DNA from: an uncultured archaeon
GTDB lineage: Archaea; Asgardarchaeota; Lokiarchaeia; Sigyniarchaeales; SOKP01
NCBI GenBank assembly: GCA_964486045.1
Contig: CAZALK010000008.1
Coordinates: 128,001-192,000, forward strand
Length of the DNA stretch: 64,000 nt
Direction of reading: 5' to 3'
Below are positions 57,426-64,000 of the stretch, piece after piece; within the stretch, counting starts at the first letter, position 1; every line of letters starts with the position of its first letter. The position numbers were made by a program, and so were the translations under genes. Below the pieces are notes generated by a model that was given only the letters and a program-made list of their open reading frames with translations, ran no database searches and was not told where the DNA came from.

Positions 57426-58319
57426 TTATTCCATTTCTAAAAGGTGTTCCCAAAATTCTTTTATATTCAATTCTTTATCGCTTTTTATTGTGGATGCGAT
57501 TTTAACAAGAACATCTTTTATTGCTTTGGATTGTAAATAATGAGAATTAGGTGTGATTGCACAAAGCATAAAGGATTCAATCCCACTCTCATTAATATTA
57601 TCTCCTAAGTTATCGACTAAGGCATAGGCATCGACTAAATCCCTTACGACTCTGATAGTGAACTGGTTTGTTTTTGATAATTCTTCGAATTTATAAATTT
57701 TTATTAATGTAGAATATAATTGAATTGTGAGATCTTTTAGATTTAGGGAAGGAATTTCGTTTTTAGGAAAGAAATCCTTTATTTCTGGCCCATTCTTCTC
57801 TTTATCCCAAACTAAATAAAATATGTAAAAGAAATCCGCTCTACGATGCTTTTTTAAAGAAGGTTCTTCAAATTTCAATATATCCTTTAATTCTTCTTCA
57901 ATAACTTTTGATGTTTTTCTAATTTCTCTATCTTTTTTAATTGTTTCTTCAATTCTTCTCAATAACTCTTTGGGCTTAAACGGCTTGGTAATATAATCAT
58001 CAGCTCCCAAAAGCTTACCAAATCTCACGTCATCAGGTTCTGCTTTTCCGGATAAGAAAAAGAACGGGATTCTTGACCACTCTGAATTTTCAGAGACTTT
58101 CATGTACAAATCATATCCATCCATTTCTGGCATAAGTATATCACTTAGGATGAGATCTGGCTGTTGCTCAAGATTCGAAAGAGTTTCTAATCCTTCTTTT
58201 CCATTAGATGCAGAGAAGAATTTAAATTCATTCATTTCCAAAAAGATTTTTAAGTTCTGGACTAGTGCTTTATCATCTTCGATTAAAAAAACAATGGGTT
58301 CCATATGCAGAAAGCTCAT
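57426..58319 (-). CDS. Response regulator receiver domain fused to a longin/uDENN-like domain
   Basis: IEDD, DLILSDILMPEMDG and GADDYITKPF. The C-terminal part begins IFYLVWDKEKNGPEIKDFFP. Confidence 0.82.
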   Translation of the reverse strand: MSFLHMEPIVFLIEDDKALVQNLKIFLEMNEFKFFSASNGKEGLETLSNLEQQPDLILSDILMPEMDGYDLYMKVSENSEWSRIPFFFLSGKAEPDDVRFGKLLGADDYITKPFKPKELLRRIEETIKKDREIRKTSKVIEEELKDILKFEEPSLKKHRRADFFYIFYLVWDKEKNGPEIKDFFPKNEIPSLNLKDLTIQLYSTLIKIYKFEELSKTNQFTIRVVRDLVDAYALVDNLGDNINESGIESFMLCAITPNSHYLQSKAIKDVLVKIASTIKSDKELNIKEFWEHLLEME

Positions 58320-58489
58320 TTATTTAAAATTATGATATTAAGACTCATTTATAATAAAAGAATGAATATTTAATATTTGTGAAAATGAAGATTTTAAAAA
58401 ATCTTTTTTTTCTTATAATTCCATTAATTAAGATGGTTTCATTAGAAAAATTAAAATACAAGACATAAATTACTATTAGAATATCTTAG

Positions 58490-58948
58490 GTGTTAATATT
58501 GTATAAAAAAATACTGCTTGCAACTGATGGTTCTCTTCATGCAAATAATGCTGTTAAAAAAGCAGTTGGATTTCAAAAGATATGGGGTAGTAAAGTTACG
58601 GTAGTTCACTCAATTAAGGATAATAGATTACCATCAGATATTTATCCAAACATAGAGGCTTTATACTCGAAATATAGTACCCTTGAAGAGGTATACCAAG
58701 AAGCAGGAAAAATACTACTTGATAGGACTAAGAACATGTTTGGTCCAAACCAAAATTCAGTAGAAACTCGTTTGATTGAGAGTGAATCCCCTGAGGATTA
58801 TATTAGACGGGTTGTAGAAGAAGAAAATTTCGACCTTGTTATTTTGGGAAGTAGAGGGCAGCACTCTAAAGTAAAAAAAGTCTTATTAGGGACAGTTTCC
58901 TCTAAAGTTTCCAAAAATACCCCATGCGATGTTTTAATAGTTAAGTAA
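58490..58948 (+). CDS. Universal stress protein (UspA family)
   Basis: YKKILLATDGS and DLVILGSRG...LLGTVS..V....PCDVLIVK motifs. Confidence 0.93.
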   Translation: MLILYKKILLATDGSLHANNAVKKAVGFQKIWGSKVTVVHSIKDNRLPSDIYPNIEALYSKYSTLEEVYQEAGKILLDRTKNMFGPNQNSVETRLIESESPEDYIRRVVEEENFDLVILGSRGQHSKVKKVLLGTVSSKVSKNTPCDVLIVK

Positions 58949-59065
58949 TTACGAGTTTTTCTGAAGAATTTTTAAGTATATAGAAAGAGACATTATTATT
59001 CTTTCCAATATTTTAATTGAAAGTAAGGAATTAAATTGAAGAAGAAAAAAGAAGGATAGATTTAG

Positions 59066-59869
59066 ATGTTAAACCGAAGAAAATATGTTGATTTGAGCTT
59101 GGAAATCAAGGAGGGTTTAGGTGATTTACCACCTGAATTTAAATATCTTGAAAAAAACTTATCTGCTAAAGTAAAACATTCAAATCATAAAGATAGCATA
59201 CCCATAATGCTTAGTTCATTTCCAGGTATTACAGCTGAAGATCTTCCAGAGGGATTAGCTTGGGCTGATGACTTTTTATCATTAGGAGTCCATATGGGTA
59301 CCCATATGGATGCTCCGTGGCATTATCATCCCACTAGCGAAGGGAAAAGATCGAAAACTATTGATGAAATCCCAATTGAATATTGTTTTAGTGATGGGGT
59401 CGTGCTGGATATGACCCATAAAGAAGTAGGTGATTTAATAAGCCCAGAAGACATACAGAAAGCTCTTCAAAAAATAAATTATTCCCTGAAACCATTGGAT
59501 ATTGTCTTAATTAGAACGGACGCCGACAAATTTTGGGACTCAATAAAATACTGGACAGATTATAGCGGAGTGGGAAGAGAAGGAACGATTTGGTTAGTCG
59601 ATCAAGGAGTAAAAGTTGTTGGTACTGACGCGGCGGGTTGGGATCGTCCTTTTCATTTTCAAGCTAGAGAATTTCGTGAGACAGGAAATAAAAATTTAAT
59701 TTGGGAAGGACATTATGCAGGTATTGAGAGAGAATACTTTCAGATGGAAAAATTAACCAACCTAGATAAACTACCCCCCTATGGTTTCAAGGTTAGTTGT
59801 TTTCCTATTAAGATTTTAGAAGCAAGTGCTGCATGGGTAAGACCTGTTGCAATACTCGGAAATAAGTAA
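59066..59869 (+). CDS. Cyclase family metal-dependent hydrolase (kynurenine formamidase-like)
   Basis: HMGTHMDAPWH, DIVLIRT, VGTD and EKLTNL motifs. Confidence 0.9.
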   Translation: MLNRRKYVDLSLEIKEGLGDLPPEFKYLEKNLSAKVKHSNHKDSIPIMLSSFPGITAEDLPEGLAWADDFLSLGVHMGTHMDAPWHYHPTSEGKRSKTIDEIPIEYCFSDGVVLDMTHKEVGDLISPEDIQKALQKINYSLKPLDIVLIRTDADKFWDSIKYWTDYSGVGREGTIWLVDQGVKVVGTDAAGWDRPFHFQAREFRETGNKNLIWEGHYAGIEREYFQMEKLTNLDKLPPYGFKVSCFPIKILEASAAWVRPVAILGNK

Positions 59870-60014
59870 TTTACACTTTTTGTTTTACTTTCCAAGTATT
59901 ACTTAAGGGTAATGAAGGTGAAAATAAAGAGAACATAAAGATATTTCTTAATGTTTAAAATCTAGACATTATTAGCATAAATGTTAAATTGGTTGTATCT
60001 AAGGTATTTCGTGT

Positions 60015-60995
60015 ATGGATAATATTGACTTTGGAATAAGCATGATGTTATTAGTGAATTCTCGAATTCCTTACCGAGAACTCGCTGAAATTTTTAATAT
60101 GAGTGTAAATTCCATCCATAAGCGTATAAAATCAATGGTAGAACTAGGTATTATTCAGAAGTTTAACACAAAACTTAGTCTGCTTAATTTCCCTAATACT
60201 GTTAATATACTGTTGTTTGGGAGGACACTTAAAGAAAATAAAGCGAATTTGCTCCAAAACCTCGGAAACCATGAAAGCATTTTTAATGTAACTCAAGCTA
60301 GTGGTGATCTTTTTTATATTCATGGTAATTTAAAAAAATTTAATGATTTAGATCCTCTGCTTTCATTCATAAAGCAAAAAGGTGAATTTCGTGATCTTGA
60401 AATAGGTTTAGTTAGTGTTGCACCTATGCCTAATACGCCCAAAACATCGGAAACATTTCTTGAATTAAGAACGGACTATTTAGAAGAGCTAAGTGATATT
60501 AAACTTTCCAACTTGGATTTATTGATTATTAATGCATTGAAAGACAACTCACGAAAGTCTGTTACTGATATTTCAGATGAAATTGGGGCATCAACAAAAA
60601 CGGTAGGACGACATTTAAGCAGATTAGAAGACAAAAAATTGATTGATAATTCGATTGACTGGTATCCAGACAAGTCAGCTGTTGTCATGACTATTATTAT
60701 TCTAAAACTTAATCCTAATACCGAAGTCGATAAATCTAAGTTTATAATAGAATTACGTAAGAAACATGGACAAGTTATTCTGTTTACTTGGGATTTTGTT
60801 AATCTCCCAAATTTAATTCTCGTCTGTGTTTGGACCCACACTATGAAAGAACTCCAAGAAATAGAATCCTCACTATTGTCTCAGGATTTCGCTTCGGTTA
60901 AAGTAACAATATTAGTTAATGGGAAAATGTTTCCGACTTGGAGAGATACTTACTTAGAAGATAAAGTAAGAGATATTAGAAGTCAGTCAAAATAA
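60015..60995 (+). CDS. Lrp/AsnC-type regulator with two HTH modules
   Basis: NSRIPYRELAE...S..SIHKRIK.M...GII and DNSRKSVTDISDEIG.S.KTV.RHL.RL. Confidence 0.88.
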   Translation: MDNIDFGISMMLLVNSRIPYRELAEIFNMSVNSIHKRIKSMVELGIIQKFNTKLSLLNFPNTVNILLFGRTLKENKANLLQNLGNHESIFNVTQASGDLFYIHGNLKKFNDLDPLLSFIKQKGEFRDLEIGLVSVAPMPNTPKTSETFLELRTDYLEELSDIKLSNLDLLIINALKDNSRKSVTDISDEIGASTKTVGRHLSRLEDKKLIDNSIDWYPDKSAVVMTIIILKLNPNTEVDKSKFIIELRKKHGQVILFTWDFVNLPNLILVCVWTHTMKELQEIESSLLSQDFASVKVTILVNGKMFPTWRDTYLEDKVRDIRSQSK

Positions 60996-61170
60996 CTTAT
61001 TTTAATTAAAAGTTATGGAATTGAAATTTGATAGGGATTTTTTCAAACCTCTAAAGTTGAAAAATGGGAACCTTATATCTAAAATTTATTTAAATATAAT
61101 TGCTTAAAATTTTAAAATAATTCCTTATTATGATTATAAGAAGCAGTTTTGATAAAAAAATGATCTTATA

Positions 61171-61211
61171 ATGGTGTAATTTCTCACCCATTAAGGTGAT
61201 AAATTGCCCAT
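61171..61211. promoter_or_regulatory. Imperfect inverted repeat, candidate operator upstream of the ABC exporter operon
   Basis: atggtgtaatttctcacc-cattaa-ggtgataaattgcccat; the right arm's reverse complement is atgggcaatttatcacc. Confidence 0.5.
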
Positions 61212-61317
61212 TTTCTAGACCTTATTTCCCTATTTCACACCCAGACGTAACCCATCAATATTATAAACGATTTAGAATAATTCTTATTTAGAGATTAATT
61301 CTCGGTGATTTAAAAAA

Positions 61318-61503
61318 ATGAAAAATGAAAAAATACCAGAAAATATTGTATCTATAGTTTTGTATGCTGTTGCTTTAGCAATGGGGATTGTAAGTATAGT
61401 TCTTAATGTTCTAGGACAATCTGTAGATATAATAATGCTTGCAATTGGAGTAACGGCATTAGCTATTGCCGGTTTAAATACAATTGATAAGAAACCTAAT
61501 TAA
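61318..61503 (+). CDS. Small two-TM membrane protein
   Basis: Two hydrophobic segments, upstream GGTGA, and 5 nt from the ABC ATPase gene. Confidence 0.7.
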   Translation: MKNEKIPENIVSIVLYAVALAMGIVSIVLNVLGQSVDIIMLAIGVTALAIAGLNTIDKKPN

Positions 61504-61508
61504 TAAAA

Positions 61509-62312
61509 GTGGTGATAAAAAAAGTGACATCCAAATTGAAAAACCCAGAAGATATCTTTGATCCAGACGGTGATAATGCAATCATTATCAAAGATCTTGT
61601 AAAAAAGTTTGGTGATATTATCGCTGTTAATGGATTAAACCTTGAAATAAAAAAAGGTGAGTTATTTGGCCTTTTAGGACCAAATGGTGCAGGTAAAACC
61701 ACGACAATAAATGTTCTTAGTGGGTTATTAAAACCATCTGAAGGAACTGCCTATGTTGGTGGTTATGACGTAAGGAAGGATCTTAAAAAGATCAAAGAAT
61801 TAATTGGCGTTTGTCCTCAAGAAGCATCTGTCTTTAAATTTCTATCAGGAAGAGAAAATATTGAACTTTTTGGTAATATCCATGGGATGCCGAAGAAAAT
61901 TATTAAGGAGCGAACCAATAGTCTCTTAGAATTAGCCAATTTTACCGAAACAAGTAAGAGAAAAGCAAAGGGCTATAGTGGTGGAATGGTTCGTCAATTA
62001 AATCTACTAATAGCATTAATTAGTGATCCAAAAATCGCATTTCTTGATGAACCAACAGTAGGGATGGATGCAAGAGCTCGTAGAAAAACGTGGGAGTTTA
62101 TTGGATCTCTTAAAGAGCAAAATAAAACTGTAATCTTGACTACTCATTACATTGAGGAAGCAGAAGCTCTTAGTGATAGAGTGGGAATTATCGATTATGG
62201 TGAGTTAATAGCTCTTGGAACCCCAAAGGAGTTAATGGAAAAACACGATGCTAAAAATTTAGAAGAAGTTTTTTTGAAAATAACTGGAAGAAGAATAATG
62301 GAGGGAATTTAA
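61509..62312 (+). CDS. ABC transporter ATP-binding protein (DrrA-like exporter)
   Basis: GPNGAGKTT, YSGGM, LDEPT and TTHY motifs. Confidence 0.95.
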   Translation: MVIKKVTSKLKNPEDIFDPDGDNAIIIKDLVKKFGDIIAVNGLNLEIKKGELFGLLGPNGAGKTTTINVLSGLLKPSEGTAYVGGYDVRKDLKKIKELIGVCPQEASVFKFLSGRENIELFGNIHGMPKKIIKERTNSLLELANFTETSKRKAKGYSGGMVRQLNLLIALISDPKIAFLDEPTVGMDARARRKTWEFIGSLKEQNKTVILTTHYIEEAEALSDRVGIIDYGELIALGTPKELMEKHDAKNLEEVFLKITGRRIMEGI

Positions 62313-62313
62313 A

Positions 62314-63072
62314 ATGAAAATACAAAAAATAGTAGCTCTGGTAAAGATGGAGCTTAAAAAATTGATTAGAGAGCCAGCAACATTATTTTTAATGATTTTA
62401 TTTCCCCTTATACTGACCTTTTTTTTTGGATTAGGGTTTAAAGGGATCATACCGGATCCAATCAGTAACCCTGGGGTGTCTCAGTTTGACGTGATGGTAC
62501 CAGGCTTGTATGCTTTTGTATGCATCTTTATAATAATGACCGTAGCTATGACTTTTAGTGAAGACAGGGAAAAAGGCTTGCTAAGGAGATTAAATACAAC
62601 ACCTTTATCATCAGGAGAATTCATAGGAAGTCACCTCCTAACAAACACGTTAATTTCAGTTTTGCAGGTAATAATTGTCGTCGTTCTTTCTTTTCTTATG
62701 GGATATAAAGGTGACATTGGAGGATTAGGAGTCGCATTCATATTTATGATTTTTCTTTCTGTATGCTCAGTCGGACTAGGGCTTATCACTGCGACTATTG
62801 CTAAATCTCCTGGAGCTGCTACAGGAATTTCATTCATATTTATAATGCCACAAATGTTTTTGGGAACCTATATCATCCCCCCTACCGGTACCACTCAAGT
62901 GATATCAATGTTTCTTCCTAGCTCTTATGTTACTGATGGCATTACAATGCTTTTTAATGGCGTTCCCTTAACAAATCCTCTTATCTGGATAAAATTAGTG
63001 ACTGTTGCATTAATAAGTGTTGTAATTGCCATTGTTGGTATACAATTGTTTAAAAAATATGGTAATAAATAA
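62314..63072 (+). CDS. ABC-2 type transporter permease
   Basis: Multi-TM pattern, EDREKGLLRRL.TTP, and 1 nt after the ATPase gene. Confidence 0.92.
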   Translation: MKIQKIVALVKMELKKLIREPATLFLMILFPLILTFFFGLGFKGIIPDPISNPGVSQFDVMVPGLYAFVCIFIIMTVAMTFSEDREKGLLRRLNTTPLSSGEFIGSHLLTNTLISVLQVIIVVVLSFLMGYKGDIGGLGVAFIFMIFLSVCSVGLGLITATIAKSPGAATGISFIFIMPQMFLGTYIIPPTGTTQVISMFLPSSYVTDGITMLFNGVPLTNPLIWIKLVTVALISVVIAIVGIQLFKKYGNK

Positions 63073-63187
63073 TTACCGTACCTTTTTTTTTTTACTTTTA
63101 ATACTCTAAAATTTCATGAATGAATTGATTTTGAATTTAGAAAAAACAATTAACGAAGAGAAGAGTACTTAAAAAAAATTTTGAAGA

Positions 63188-64000
63188 TTATATAGTTATA
63201 TTTAATTTCTTTTTCAACTCTTTATACCTGGAACGAAGAGTAACCTCTGTGATTCCAACTGAGTTGGCTATCTGTAATTGAGTAAGCTCTATATTTTTTA
63301 ACTTACAAGCTACATAGATTGCTCCAGCACACAATCCTTTTGGGTCTATTCCACTAATGGGAAAGTTAGAAATATACGTTGTTAAAATTTTACTTGTGAG
63401 CGCCATGATTTCTGAATCTAATCCTAATTCCGTGACATATCTAGGAATTAATGCGACAGGATCTGTGATGTGGGTTTTTAATTTAAATTCCTTCATTAAA
63501 ATGCTTACACTTCTTCTTACATCTTTGGGTGATACTGATGATTCATCTAAAATTTCTTGAAGTGTTCTTGGTATCCCCTTTTGTCTACAAGCTAAATATA
63601 AACAGGCAGCAACCATAGCATTAATAGACCTACCTCGAAGCAATTTTCTTTTAAATGCCCTAATATAAAGACGCATACCCTCTTCCTTAACATGATTTGG
63701 TAAGTTTATGTTACCACTAATCCTTTTTAATTCCGTGGTAGCAATTAATAAATTTCTTTTTTGCCACGTAATTCGAGTATTCCACTTTGCTGCTCTCTTT
63801 AAATCAGGATTAGTTATTTTTTGTGTATCAATCACAGTGGTTAAACCCATATCAGGTAACAAGATTGAAATGGGTGCACCTGTCTGCTCACGATTATTCC
63901 TTTCTTGGTTTGTATAAGCTCTTTTTCCACTATGTGAAATATCTACTTGTCGTTCCTTCATTATTAATCCACATTGAGTACAAACATCCTCCCCTTTTTC
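63188..64000 (-). CDS. tfb: Transcription initiation factor IIB, 5'-partial
   Basis: The frame is open to the window edge (EKGEDVCTQCGLIM, half of the Zn ribbon). Cyclin repeats: RGRSI..MVAAC.Y.ACR....PRTL.EI and G.DP.G..AGAIY...TEVTLR.RYKEL. Confidence 0.95.
   Translation of the reverse strand, partial: EKGEDVCTQCGLIMKERQVDISHSGKRAYTNQERNNREQTGAPISILLPDMGLTTVIDTQKITNPDLKRAAKWNTRITWQKRNLLIATTELKRISGNINLPNHVKEEGMRLYIRAFKRKLLRGRSINAMVAACLYLACRQKGIPRTLQEILDESSVSPKDVRRSVSILMKEFKLKTHITDPVALIPRYVTELGLDSEIMALTSKILTTYISNFPISGIDPKGLCAGAIYVACKLKNIELTQLQIANSVGITEVTLRSRYKELKKKLNITI

Noticed and set aside
1-64000. Selenoprotein read-through at TGA-terminated ORFs, and the many short antisense ORFs in the track
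   Set aside because: The TGA-ending ORFs checked show no plausible continuation or Cys-equivalent context. The short ORFs overlap well-supported genes.

Overview
AT-rich archaeal chromosomal segment, very probably an Asgard archaeon of the Lokiarchaeia. This rests on a proteasome alpha subunit, TFB and an RFC cluster, plus a Rab-like GTPase, a gelsolin-domain protein and a Loki-type LRR protein. Most of the window is housekeeping or metabolic: fatty-acid CoA ligases, acyl-CoA dehydrogenase, enoyl-CoA hydratase, GH20, PepT and transporters. The most notable structure is a ~10.7 kb accessory block (about 14150-24900). On one side lies an intact PolB2-type polymerase gene. On the other lies a start-less but uninterrupted copy of that gene's last ~100 codons (~82% aa identity). 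The block carries a Mokosh type I-like pair (kinase-like/SF1 helicase plus a double-PLD-fold protein, with degenerate kinase and PLD catalytic motifs), a 959-aa orphan and an LRR gene. The polB2 itself belongs to a RadA-like/small protein/PolB2 damage-tolerance module. Other highlights are a three-gene RFC cluster with an Rfc5/RFC3-like subunit that is probably ATPase-dead, a 1761-aa helical repeat protein downstream of the GTPase and proteasome genes, a gelsolin-SAP/HeH-like fusion, a receiver-longin-like fusion, and an inverted duplication of a membrane-anchored C1q/TNF-like gene. No rRNA, tRNA, CRISPR array, integrase or transposase was recognised. All calls come from motif reading by eye; no searches were run.
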